This document shows, one piece after another, positions 31,666 to 40,212 of a stretch of DNA of 61,938 bases. The notes beneath the pieces are model-generated. The model was not told the DNA's origin. It made no database searches and was given only the letters and a program-made list of their open reading frames with translations. Position numbers and translations under genes: made by a program. Positions within the stretch are counted from its first letter, which is position 1. Each line of letters begins with the position of its first letter. The DNA is from Minisyncoccota bacterium (GTDB lineage Bacteria; Patescibacteriota; Minisyncoccia; Phycocordibacterales; UBA6065), in contig DASWWW010000002.1 in the NCBI GenBank assembly GCA_036400935.1, positions 1-61,938 on the forward strand. Direction: 5' to 3'.

Positions 31666-33229
31666 CGGCGCATTTCTTAAGCGCCTCGTCGATTCGCCTG
31701 ATGGTGGTTTCTTTTCCGAGTATGTCAGCGAGCGTAAACGGATTTGGTGATTTGTCTTTTCCTGAAAGGGCGTATCTCAAAGGCCACAATACCTGTCCCC
31801 TGCCCTCCTTCTCGGCATACGGCCAGACGACCTCCTTTATGGAAGCCTCTTTCCAATCCGAGTCGGCAAGGCCGTTCAAAATATTCTTTACGGACGAGAG
31901 GTGCTCTACGGTCTTTGCCGTGTCCCTCTCGTCCTTCCAGCGCAATGACAGCGCGTCGTACGCCGGCTCGCTGAAATAGTAGTCGAGGTCGCGGTCGGCG
32001 AGCATGGCGTCGATGTCCGAATAGACCTCGATGCGCTCCAAAACCACCGGCGCGATGCGCGCGGCGGTCTCCGGCGTGACGTTCCAGCCGAGGTCCTTTA
32101 CGCGCTCCGACTTGTCGAGGCGCTTCTTGATCTCGGCGGCGATCTCATCTTTCGGCACTTTCTTTAGGTGTTCCTTGTTCATCCAGCGGAGCTTTTCCTC
32201 GTTAAAGACGCCTCCGGACTTCTGCACCTGGGCGAGGTCGAATGCCTCGACGAGCTGCGTGCGGGAGAATACCTCCTGCTCGGTGCCCGGATTCCATCCC
32301 ACGAGGGCGAGGAAATTGACCATCGCGTCAGGCAAGAAGCCCTCCCTCTCGTACTCGAGAATGTCTTTGGCGCCATCTCTCTTGCCGAGCTTCTTGGTCT
32401 TGTCATTACGCAGGATTGGAGGCAGGGTGACGAGCGTCGGCGGCGTGATGCCGAGGCCTTCATAGAGGGCAAGGAATTTCGGCGTGCTCGAGATGAACTC
32501 CTCGCCGCGCATGATATGGGTGACGCCCATCATGAGATCGTCGATGATATGCGCGAAATTGTAGGTCGGATAGCCGTCCTTCTTGATGAGGATAAAGTCG
32601 TCGACAGCTTCCTCCCCTGCCTCGAGGTCTCCGCGCACGACGTCGTGCCACTTCATGCGGCGGGGATTCTCAACCTTGAAGCGCAAAGCCTGCGAGCCGT
32701 CCCATTTCGGGCGCTCCGGAGAGTTTGCTGGCAAGTCGGCGAATGCCGGTCGGTGCTTGCGGTATAGGAATGGGCGCTTCTCTGCCTCCGCCATTTTGCG
32801 GAACGATTCGAGCTCCTCTGAGGTGTATGGATCAGGGTAAGCCAGGCCTTTGTCGATAAGTTTCTGGGCGTAGACCTTGTACGTGTCGAGGCGCTCGGAC
32901 TGGATGCACGAGCCGAAAGGGCCCGGCTTGTCCGGACCGTATTTCCAATCGATGCCGAGCCACTTGAGGGACTTCTGGATGTGCTCGATAGAGCCTTCTA
33001 CCTGGCGCTCCGTGTCGGTGTCCTCGATGCGCAGGATGAAGGTGCCGCCCTTCTTGAGCGCCCACATATAGGCATAGAGCGCCGTTCGCACGCCTCCGAT
33101 ATGCATCATGCCTGTTGGTGATGGCGCAAAGCGCGTAACCACGCCGTTTCCGCCGCTGTTTGGATTGCTACCTGCGCCCGTGCGCCCAGCGCCGATCTTG
33201 GTCAAAAGGCCTTTGATACGAGAAATCAT
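31649..33229 (-). CDS. gltX: Glutamyl-tRNA synthetase
   Basis: RFAPSPTGMMHIGG (HIGH motif), KLGKRDG (KMSKS-like motif). I preferred the ATG at 33229 to the listed GTG at 33247 because of the -10 box. The 3' end overlaps the M23 start by 17 nt. Confidence 0.92.
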   Translation of the reverse strand: MISRIKGLLTKIGAGRTGAGSNPNSGGNGVVTRFAPSPTGMMHIGGVRTALYAYMWALKKGGTFILRIEDTDTERQVEGSIEHIQKSLKWLGIDWKYGPDKPGPFGSCIQSERLDTYKVYAQKLIDKGLAYPDPYTSEELESFRKMAEAEKRPFLYRKHRPAFADLPANSPERPKWDGSQALRFKVENPRRMKWHDVVRGDLEAGEEAVDDFILIKKDGYPTYNFAHIIDDLMMGVTHIMRGEEFISSTPKFLALYEGLGITPPTLVTLPPILRNDKTKKLGKRDGAKDILEYEREGFLPDAMVNFLALVGWNPGTEQEVFSRTQLVEAFDLAQVQKSGGVFNEEKLRWMNKEHLKKVPKDEIAAEIKKRLDKSERVKDLGWNVTPETAARIAPVVLERIEVYSDIDAMLADRDLDYYFSEPAYDALSLRWKDERDTAKTVEHLSSVKNILNGLADSDWKEASIKEVVWPYAEKEGRGQVLWPLRYALSGKDKSPNPFTLADILGKETTIRRIDEALKKCADAPII

Positions 33230-33238
33230 ATAAGGACA

Positions 33239-33244
33239 ATTATA
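33239..33244 (-). promoter_or_regulatory. -10 box TATAAT 9 nt upstream of the gltX ATG at 33229
   Basis: The minus strand reads tataat-tgtccttat-ATG. Confidence 0.4.
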
Positions 33245-33335
33245 CACTTTTGGGGCGGTTTTTGGAAGAAATGGATGTGGCCCGCTGTGGCTGGGTTCGA
33301 ATGAGTTGTCCTGCCGATTGTCTTTTTTTGCCCGT

Positions 33336-33370
33336 GGGTGTTTTGCATTAAAAATTAATGCAAAACACCC
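33336..33370. repeat. Perfect 16-bp-stem / 3-nt-loop palindrome (P2), with a centre shared with P1
   Basis: gggtgttttgcattaa-aaa-ttaatgcaaaacaccc. The core ttttg-NN-ttaaaaattaa-NN-caaaa is the same as in P1. Confidence 0.9.
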
Positions 33371-33381
33371 AAGTAAGGAAA

Positions 33382-33942
33382 CTAGAGTTTTTCGAGCTCC
33401 TCAATGATTGCTGGCAGCTCCTTGCAACCTTCGTCCTCGGTAAAGTGTCCACCATCCGGTATTACGACGATTTTTGAACCAATTTCCGCAAACTTTCGCT
33501 TGTTCTCATCAAAGCAGCCGTATGGATCGTTGTCAGAAATTATCAAAGTCGAAGACGACAAGGCCGTCCTAACCTTTGCGGCATCGATTTTCCCTTCAAT
33601 CCAAGATCTCGCGATCGATCTGACCTCATCTGATTCAAGATTTTCTAAATTAAACCAACCTGCTACAAAGACCGCTCCTCCAACGGGCGTGCTTGTCCTT
33701 TCAAGATATCGCAAGATCGTCTGGCATCCGATCGAGTGTCCTACAAAATACGTGTTCTTGTCAGGAGTTCCAACTGCTTTTGCGAGAGCCGCTACCCATT
33801 TATCTATGGCTGGTGCGAAGGTGTCGGGCATATCCGGAGCGATTACCTCAAAACCCTTTCTTTCGAGCTCGGATTTGAGCCATGCCCTCCAATCATTCCC
33901 AGAGTTTCCATCCCACCTGTGTACGATGATGACTCTTTTCAT
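33382..33942 (-). CDS. Alpha/beta serine hydrolase (YdeN/RBBP9-like)
   Basis: MKRVIIVHRWDGNSGNDW..., nucleophile elbow GHSIGC, and ...DPYG...IPDGGHF. Start set at the ATG at 33942. Confidence 0.75.
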   Translation of the reverse strand: MKRVIIVHRWDGNSGNDWRAWLKSELERKGFEVIAPDMPDTFAPAIDKWVAALAKAVGTPDKNTYFVGHSIGCQTILRYLERTSTPVGGAVFVAGWFNLENLESDEVRSIARSWIEGKIDAAKVRTALSSSTLIISDNDPYGCFDENKRKFAEIGSKIVVIPDGGHFTEDEGCKELPAIIEELEKL

Positions 33943-33950
33943 GGCGATTT

Positions 33951-35096
33951 CTAATTTATGTGCGTCAGTGCAATCCTCAAAATCTCCCGCGCGATAGTGT
34001 CCGCCGCGTCCTTGTGTGCGAATGTGCCTGCGCCCTGCTTCATGCGGTCGGCGACACCCGGCTTCTCGATAATGCGCTCGATTTCTGCCGCCAAGACGTG
34101 CGGAGACAGGTTTACCTCCTCGATGACCGAACACGCGCCGCTTGCCGCGTACGCGAAGGCGTTAGACGTCTGATCGTGGCTGATTTCAGGCGGAATCGGG
34201 ATGATAATCGACGGAACTTGCCACAAGGCGATCTCGAAGATCTGGGAGCCTGCTCGCGAGACGATGAGCGATGACGCTCCAGCAGCCATGCGCAGTGCGA
34301 GCGAGTTCAAATACGCGAACGGCTTGTAGCGGTCGCGATGGATGCTCTCGTTCAAAATGACTTTCGCCGTGTTGGTCATCTCGTCGATGTTATTTTTGCC
34401 GGTTTGGTGGATGACGTAATACTTTTTAACAAGATCAGGAAGAATGTCGATGATCGCGTCGTTGATTTTCTGCGAGCCCTGGGAGCCGCCGAGGATAAGG
34501 ATGGTCGGAATGCTGTCCTCGAGCTTCAAATATTCGCGTGCGCCATTCGTGATGGTGCTCGCGATCTCCTTTCGTACGGGGTTTCCGGTAAAAGCCACCT
34601 TGCTTGCCGGGAAATACGATGCCGCCTCTTTGTACGAGATGGCGATGCGCTCTGCGAACTTTGCAGACCACAGGCTGACGCGCCCTGGATGCGAGTCTGA
34701 CTCATGAATGACGACCGGAATGCGCAAAAGGCGCGCTGCGAACAGAACTGGAAATGCCACATAGCCTCCCTTGCTGAAAACCACGTCGGGATATATGCGC
34801 CAGACGGAAATGACGGCGTTTACGAGGCCGAATGCCGTCTTGAACATGTCCGTGAAGTTCAAAAGCGAGAAGTAGCGGCGCATCTTGCCCGCGTATGACT
34901 GCTCGAATTGGATGCCGTTCTCGAACAGGGCTGCCTCGTCGTACTTTGCCGGCGCCATATAGAAAAGCTCGGGGTCGAGGAGCTTGTCCTCCTTGGAAAT
35001 CTTTCGGATAGATTCAGCGACCGCGATGATCGGATAGAAATGGCCTCCAGTGCCTCCGCCGGTAAGTAGGATTTTCATGCCAAAATATTGTACCAC
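33951..35096 (-). CDS. murG: UDP-N-acetylglucosamine--N-acetylmuramyl-(pentapeptide)-PP-undecaprenol GlcNAc transferase (MurG)
   Basis: MKILLTGGGTGGHFYPIIAVA, ...ILGGSQGS..., ...SRAGSQIFEIA... The alternative ATG at 35078 (MKILL) is equally plausible. Confidence 0.9.
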   Translation of the reverse strand: MVQYFGMKILLTGGGTGGHFYPIIAVAESIRKISKEDKLLDPELFYMAPAKYDEAALFENGIQFEQSYAGKMRRYFSLLNFTDMFKTAFGLVNAVISVWRIYPDVVFSKGGYVAFPVLFAARLLRIPVVIHESDSHPGRVSLWSAKFAERIAISYKEAASYFPASKVAFTGNPVRKEIASTITNGAREYLKLEDSIPTILILGGSQGSQKINDAIIDILPDLVKKYYVIHQTGKNNIDEMTNTAKVILNESIHRDRYKPFAYLNSLALRMAAGASSLIVSRAGSQIFEIALWQVPSIIIPIPPEISHDQTSNAFAYAASGACSVIEEVNLSPHVLAAEIERIIEKPGVADRMKQGAGTFAHKDAADTIAREILRIALTHIN

Positions 35097-35099
35097 ATA

Positions 35100-36239
35100 C
35101 TAATTTCCAATATGCGATAGCGGAGTCGGACTCGTCTGCCGCCTGATTTTCGCGTAGCGAGAGATGTTGAGGAGGATTCCGCACTCTGCGAGCACGAAGA
35201 AGAGCGCCGTTCCACCTTGCGAGACGAATAGGAGCGGGATTCCGGAGATCGGCAGCACGCCGACCATGGCCGCGATGTTCACGAACGACTGGATGATGAT
35301 GAATGTGGTGATTCCGACTGCTAGCAGGCCTCCAAAGAGGTCTTTTGCCCCCGTGGCGACCTTCAGCGCGCGCATGGCGAATAGGACGTAAAGGATGATG
35401 AGGGTCAGGCCGCCGATAAGTCCAAACTCCTCTGCAGCGACAGCAAAGATAGAGTCTCCCACCGGCTCAGGCAGGTAGTTGAATTTCTGGATGCTCTGCC
35501 CAAAGCCTCGGCCGGTGATGCCGCCAGACCCAATTGCGATCAGAGACTGCTGGATCTGGTATCCGGCGCTCTGCCCTGCCTCGGCCGGATTGATGAACGT
35601 CTGGATACGGGCCATGATGTACGGCCTGCTGAATGCCAGGACCGTCAGGCCGAGCACGCCCGCCAAAACAAGCACGCCGAGGTGCTTCCACTTCCCTCCC
35701 GCCGTGATGTACATGGCGACGAGCGATGTAGCGATGATGATGAACGTGTCGGTATCCGGCTCGATCAAAAGCACGAATCCGACGATGCCGAGCATGATCA
35801 AGAGCGGCATGAAGCCGTGCTTGAAGTCGTGGATCTTATCCTTAATGAAGGAAAGCCATGCCGCGAAGTAGATTACGGCCGCGATCTTCAAAACTTCCGA
35901 TACCTGGAACGAGAACGAGCCGATCAAAAGCCATCGGGTCGCGCCTCCGTGCGTCAGGCCCAGTCCCGGGATGAAAATACTCAGGCTCAGGAGCAAGGAG
36001 AAGCTGAAAATCCAGAAAGACATCTTTTTCCAGTAGGTATACGGGATCCGTGACGTGAAATACATGGCCACGAGGCCCGGTACGAGGCCGAGAAAGATCT
36101 GCTTGAGCGCGATCGAGCTTGCGTGCGAGGCGTCACGCGCCAAAAGGCCGAGCGAGGCCGAGAGGAAAATCAAAAATCCCGCACTGATGAGGGCGAGTAT
36201 CGAGACAAGGAGCTGCGTATCCATCCGCGCTTTCTTCAT
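35100..36239 (-). CDS. ftsW: SEDS-family peptidoglycan polymerase FtsW/RodA
   Basis: About 10 TM segments; RWLLIGSFSFQVSEVLKIAAVIYFA, GFGQSIQKFNYLPEPVGDSIFAV. Confidence 0.9.
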   Translation of the reverse strand: MKKARMDTQLLVSILALISAGFLIFLSASLGLLARDASHASSIALKQIFLGLVPGLVAMYFTSRIPYTYWKKMSFWIFSFSLLLSLSIFIPGLGLTHGGATRWLLIGSFSFQVSEVLKIAAVIYFAAWLSFIKDKIHDFKHGFMPLLIMLGIVGFVLLIEPDTDTFIIIATSLVAMYITAGGKWKHLGVLVLAGVLGLTVLAFSRPYIMARIQTFINPAEAGQSAGYQIQQSLIAIGSGGITGRGFGQSIQKFNYLPEPVGDSIFAVAAEEFGLIGGLTLIILYVLFAMRALKVATGAKDLFGGLLAVGITTFIIIQSFVNIAAMVGVLPISGIPLLFVSQGGTALFFVLAECGILLNISRYAKIRRQTSPTPLSHIGN

Positions 36240-36255
36240 CTCACTAATATATCAC

Positions 36256-37215
36256 TTAACGCGCGGCTACGGGAATGGCGACTTCGGTTGTCGAGGCGTT
36301 CGTGAGGTACGAGAGCGTCGCGTTGGCAAGATTCGTCAGGTCGTCGAAGCGTCCGTCATACGATGAGCCGAGGACCGAGATAATGACGGGATGATTTATG
36401 CTCGCGTCAAAGGCGATGACCACGTTTCCGCCCGACAAATCGGTAAATCCGGTTTTCGAAGCGATGACGTTCGGTATATTGTTGATCGCCTTGTTGGTGT
36501 TTCGTGCTCCATGAGCCTCGTTTTTCGATGCGACGACCGTCTCGCCGTATGAGGTCGCCTCCATGAGGTGCGGATCTACGCTGATCACATGCTTTACGAG
36601 CAAAACCATGTCGCGAGCGGACCCGTATCCGCCGGAGAGCGTGTCGGATACATCGAGTCCCGATGGGTTGAGGAAATAGCTCTCGCGCATGCCGAGCTTT
36701 ACAGCGTTCTCGTTCATCGTGCGGACGAAGGATTCCTGCGCGGTCGTGGTCGGGCTCACGCCGATCTGCGATCCGGCGACGGAAGCGATGGCTCGCATAC
36801 CGTCATTCGAGGAGACGATGAGGCTGTAGTCAATGAGCTTGTCGATAGTCCACTCCTCGTCCGGGCGCAGGCCTGTGTCCCCTTCCTCGCGCAAGTCGTC
36901 GGGGGTGATCCTTACGAGCATGTAGTGCGGCACGATCTGCGCGGCGGTGTATGCCGACATTATCTTGGTAAGCGAGGCGAGCGGCCACTGGAGCTCGCCG
37001 TCTTTCTCGTACAAGACCTTGCCGGTGGTTACGTCGTAAACCATCGCGGACTTTGCCTCGATGTTTACCTCTGGAAAAAGGGCGACTCGGGTGGTCGTAG
37101 CCTTGTCGGTCGGCTCTTGGGCGACCTCGGCGTGCGGCATAAAGAGCCAGACAGCAAAGCCGATGGCGAATGCGAGAAATGCGAAATGCAGTATGGCTGT
37201 AGTTCGGGGGTTCAT
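36256..37215 (-). CDS. D-alanyl-D-alanine carboxypeptidase (peptidase S11, PBP5-like)
   Basis: SxxK (ASLTK), SxN (SSND) and KTG (KTGFT) motifs in the correct order; N-terminal anchor. Confidence 0.85.
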   Translation of the reverse strand: MNPRTTAILHFAFLAFAIGFAVWLFMPHAEVAQEPTDKATTTRVALFPEVNIEAKSAMVYDVTTGKVLYEKDGELQWPLASLTKIMSAYTAAQIVPHYMLVRITPDDLREEGDTGLRPDEEWTIDKLIDYSLIVSSNDGMRAIASVAGSQIGVSPTTTAQESFVRTMNENAVKLGMRESYFLNPSGLDVSDTLSGGYGSARDMVLLVKHVISVDPHLMEATSYGETVVASKNEAHGARNTNKAINNIPNVIASKTGFTDLSGGNVVIAFDASINHPVIISVLGSSYDGRFDDLTNLANATLSYLTNASTTEVAIPVAAR

Positions 37216-37220
37216 GCTCT

Positions 37221-37796
37221 TTAGACGGTTTCTGGCTTAATTTCTGTCGCAGGGGCTGGCTGCTCGGCCGATTCGGCGGCAAAAGCCTCCATTTCGGCCT
37301 TTACCTTGGCGAAATCAGGCAAATCCTCGAGCTTTGCTACCCCAAGGTGCGCCAGGAGGTCTATAGTCGGCTTATACGAGTATCCGCGGCCCATTCCCTC
37401 CTTTTCCGTCACTCGCTCGATTAGGCCTCGGATAAGGAGGTTTCGGACGATAAATGACGAATTGACGCCTCGAATATAGTCGATTTCAGAACGCTTGATC
37501 GGGCCTTTATAGAGGATGATGGCGAGGGTCTCGAGTCCGGCCTTGCCGAGGTCCCGCATAAGCTCTTCTTTTGTCAGCTTTATGATCATGTCGCTCGTCT
37601 CCGGCGAGGTACGCAGCTCTACCTCATCCTCGATGCGCATCAGGCGGACGCCGCGCGTCGAAAGGCTTGCCTCGAGCGATGCCAAAGCGGTTGCAAGCTC
37701 GTCTGCGGTACAGCCGAGAGCGGCCTCGATCTTCTTCTTGGAGATCGGCTCGCCCTTCCAGAATAGGAGCGCTTCGAGTTTGGCTTCGAGATTCAT
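37221..37796 (-). CDS. scpB: Segregation and condensation protein B
   Basis: LEALLFWKGEPIS, ...GLETLAIILYKGPIKRSEIDYIRGVNSSFIVRNLLIRGLI. Start set at the ATG at 37796. Confidence 0.85.
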   Translation of the reverse strand: MNLEAKLEALLFWKGEPISKKKIEAALGCTADELATALASLEASLSTRGVRLMRIEDEVELRTSPETSDMIIKLTKEELMRDLGKAGLETLAIILYKGPIKRSEIDYIRGVNSSFIVRNLLIRGLIERVTEKEGMGRGYSYKPTIDLLAHLGVAKLEDLPDFAKVKAEMEAFAAESAEQPAPATEIKPETV

Positions 37797-37802
37797 GGGA
37801 AC

Positions 37803-37808
37803 AGTATA
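37803..37808 (-). promoter_or_regulatory. -10 box TATACT 6 nt upstream of the scpB ATG (leaderless-type geometry)
   Basis: The minus strand reads tatact-gttccc-ATG. Confidence 0.45.
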
Positions 37809-38038
37809 ATTCATTACGACACAGATAAAAAGACCGCGCTGAAACATTTGGCTGGCCGATTCGTATTAATCAATGGCTGACACGGATAAGGTCAGCTCCA
37901 AAACTTAACGTATGCCGGCGGATTTACAACTCAATAGAAACGAAACACGGCTCTAAGAGCCTATCCTCAATGCCACTAATCATGACATCGAACAGGAGGC
38001 AAACCTTATCGGATCTCCTGCTCGTATATAAAATCGTA

Positions 38039-38062
38039 AAAGCCGCCTTTGTAGGCGGCTTT
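38039..38062 (-). terminator. Intrinsic terminator of scpA
   Basis: aaagccgcc-tttgta-ggcggcttt (9 bp). The minus strand follows with ttttacgatttt. Confidence 0.65.
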
Positions 38063-38073
38063 GCGTTTTACTT

Positions 38074-38793
38074 TTAATATCTCGGCACTCCCACCTGCTC
38101 CGTCTGCATGTGGATGTCGTCGAAATGCTTTTCCTGGGTGACGTCGATGACGCCTTGCTTTACGAGCTCGAGCATGGCGAGAAACGAGACGATCACGTTC
38201 ACCTTTTCCGCCTTGTGGGCGCTCGAGAACTCGCGGAAGCTCATCTTGAGACTCTCGGTGACGCGCTTTGTCAGGCTCTCGATCATGTTCTCGAGGCTGA
38301 TGACCTTGTCTACGACGACTTTTGGCAGGAATTCCTTTTTCGGCAGATTCGAGAGCACGCGGTTAGCTGCTGCAAAGAGGTTCACGACGGTCATATCGGC
38401 GTCCGGCGAGAATACCGGCTCCTGCTTGCGATCGCCGCGCGGATGCATGACGCTCGTGCCAAAAAGGGGCTTGATCTTCTGGGCCAGCTCGCGCATGCGC
38501 TCGTATACCTTGAGGCGCGTCTCGAGATCCTGGATAGAAGCCTGCTCCTCGACGGTCAGGTTAAGGGTCGGCAGGAGCGATTTCGACTTGATCAGGAGGA
38601 GCGTGGAGGCCACGAGCACGAAATGCGCGCTGTCCGCGATGGGCACATTGCTATTGTTCTGGACGTACGCGATATAGTCGTCGGCGACCTTGGCAAGCGA
38701 GACGTCGTTAACAAAAAGCTTCCTCTTCTCGATGAGGTCGAGCAAAAGGTCGAGCGGTCCTTCGAATCGTTCCTGCTTCACAGTAAACGCCAT
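38074..38793 (-). CDS. scpA: Segregation and condensation protein A
   Basis: FEGPLDLLLDLIEKRKL... Confidence 0.85.
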   Translation of the reverse strand: MAFTVKQERFEGPLDLLLDLIEKRKLFVNDVSLAKVADDYIAYVQNNSNVPIADSAHFVLVASTLLLIKSKSLLPTLNLTVEEQASIQDLETRLKVYERMRELAQKIKPLFGTSVMHPRGDRKQEPVFSPDADMTVVNLFAAANRVLSNLPKKEFLPKVVVDKVISLENMIESLTKRVTESLKMSFREFSSAHKAEKVNVIVSFLAMLELVKQGVIDVTQEKHFDDIHMQTEQVGVPRY

Positions 38794-38831
38794 ATTCCCT
38801 TCAGTATAGCCAATAGTCTATACTTAGACCA

Positions 38832-39740
38832 ATGAAAAACTTCATACAATCGCATCGCGTTACTTTGGCGGCCGTCCTCCTCCTTGTTCTCGCTTTCGTC
38901 GTCTATTCGCTCGCGTCGGACGCATCAAAGATGGATATGTCCATGGGCGAGCACATGAAGCACCTCAAGGCAGCCCAGGATCAGCTCAAAAAGCCAACTA
39001 TCGTACCGCCAAAATTCAACGTATCGCTCGGCAAGCCCGATATGATTACTCCGGGCGCATCGACTACCATTGATTTTACCGTCTATGATGCAAAGACCGG
39101 CGATCAGGTAACCAAATTCGATATCATCAGCGACAAGCTGATGCACCTCATCGTGGTAAACGACGCCCTCACCTATTTCGATCACATTCATCCGGTTTTC
39201 GACGGCAAGAAGTTCTCCGTAACGCACAAGTTTCCAAAGGCAGATTCGTACCGCCTCTATACGGATTTCCAGCCTCGGGGCGCCGAAGAGACTCAGGTCG
39301 GATTCAAAGTAATTGCCGGTGCCCCGACAGCCTCCGCAAAGCCTTTCGACAGGTCTCCTTTCGATTCTTCCCTTTCGCGTAAATTCGGTGCGTATAACGT
39401 CGCTCTCTCCGGCTCTTTCAAGGCCACCGATATCGTCAGCGGCGCATCTCCTTTCGTATTTACCATTACTGATGCAAAGACCGGCAAGCCTGTCACCGAT
39501 TTGCGCACCTATCTGGGCGCTTTCGGCCATATGGTCATGATCAATACCGATACCCTCTCGTACATTCATGTGCATCCGATGACCACCGACCTCAGTACGG
39601 GCATGGCGGGGCCGGAAGTGCGCTTTCAGCCCATGGGACTTGGCGGCACGACCGTCTATCCCGGTACGTACCGAGTCTTTGCTCAATTCCAGCCTACATC
39701 AGGTCTCTTTACGTCGGATTTCATAATCGATATCAAATAA
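38832..39740 (+). CDS. Membrane-anchored secreted protein with a Met/His-rich motif and two tandem Ig-like repeats (putative metal-binding)
   Basis: TM anchor, then MDMSMGEHMKH. An internal duplication contains (F/I)T(V/I).DAKTG..VT...H(L/M)(I/V)(V/M)(V/I)N.D.L.Y..(I/V)HP at about aa 85-125 and 205-245. Confidence 0.6.
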   Translation: MKNFIQSHRVTLAAVLLLVLAFVVYSLASDASKMDMSMGEHMKHLKAAQDQLKKPTIVPPKFNVSLGKPDMITPGASTTIDFTVYDAKTGDQVTKFDIISDKLMHLIVVNDALTYFDHIHPVFDGKKFSVTHKFPKADSYRLYTDFQPRGAEETQVGFKVIAGAPTASAKPFDRSPFDSSLSRKFGAYNVALSGSFKATDIVSGASPFVFTITDAKTGKPVTDLRTYLGAFGHMVMINTDTLSYIHVHPMTTDLSTGMAGPEVRFQPMGLGGTTVYPGTYRVFAQFQPTSGLFTSDFIIDIK

Positions 39741-39751
39741 TACAAAAAGAT

Positions 39752-39780
39752 AACCGCGCTCAGATGAGTGCGGTTTGTGT
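39752..39780 (+). terminator. Candidate intrinsic terminator
   Basis: aaccgcgctca..tgagtgcggtt followed by tgtgt. Confidence 0.55.
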
Positions 39781-40180
39781 AAGGGAAGGAATGTGAGGAA
39801 TGGCGCGTCGAGGGGTGGTGACGGCGCCTAGAGAATGTGGGAATGAAAGAGCTGTTGGCGCTGACCTAAGTGTCAGATGTGCATTATAGCTACGCCAGAT
39901 TGAGGAACTGCAGCGTCATGCGAAAGAAAAACCTTTCGCCCTGCTGTTGCTCGATGTGAAGAGCTTCGGAGGAGGAGAGAATCTATCCCCTTCTCCACTG
40001 ATAATACGCTCGAGCAGGGCCATTTCTTTCAAATCCGCAGATACGACGAGCCGCGCCCATAGGGAGCGCGGCTCAAGTTAATTTCTGCGTTAAATCAAAA
40101 GGTTCAGCACCGAAATAAACCCCATTTTAAAGAGCGAGAGTTGGTGCTAGCGCGTATTGACCGTCGACTAGCTCCAAAAG

Positions 40181-40206
40181 GAAAGACGCTCTCGCGAGCG
40201 CCTTTC
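40181..40206 (-). terminator. Intrinsic terminator of aspS
   Basis: gaaagacgctc-tcgc-gagcgcctttc (one mismatch). The minus strand follows with cttttgg. Confidence 0.55.
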
Positions 40207-40212
40207 TTACAG

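Noticed and set aside
33280-33300. A tRNA-like T-arm string gggttcgaatgag upstream of gltX.
   Set aside because: The flanking bases cannot form a T stem or an acceptor stem. No cloverleaf can be drawn on either strand.
33943-34134. An N-terminal extension of the hydrolase ORF (250 aa as listed).
   Set aside because: The extension overlaps the 3' end of murG in another frame and is Arg/Gly-rich. The hydrolase fold starts at MKRVIIVH (ATG at 33942).
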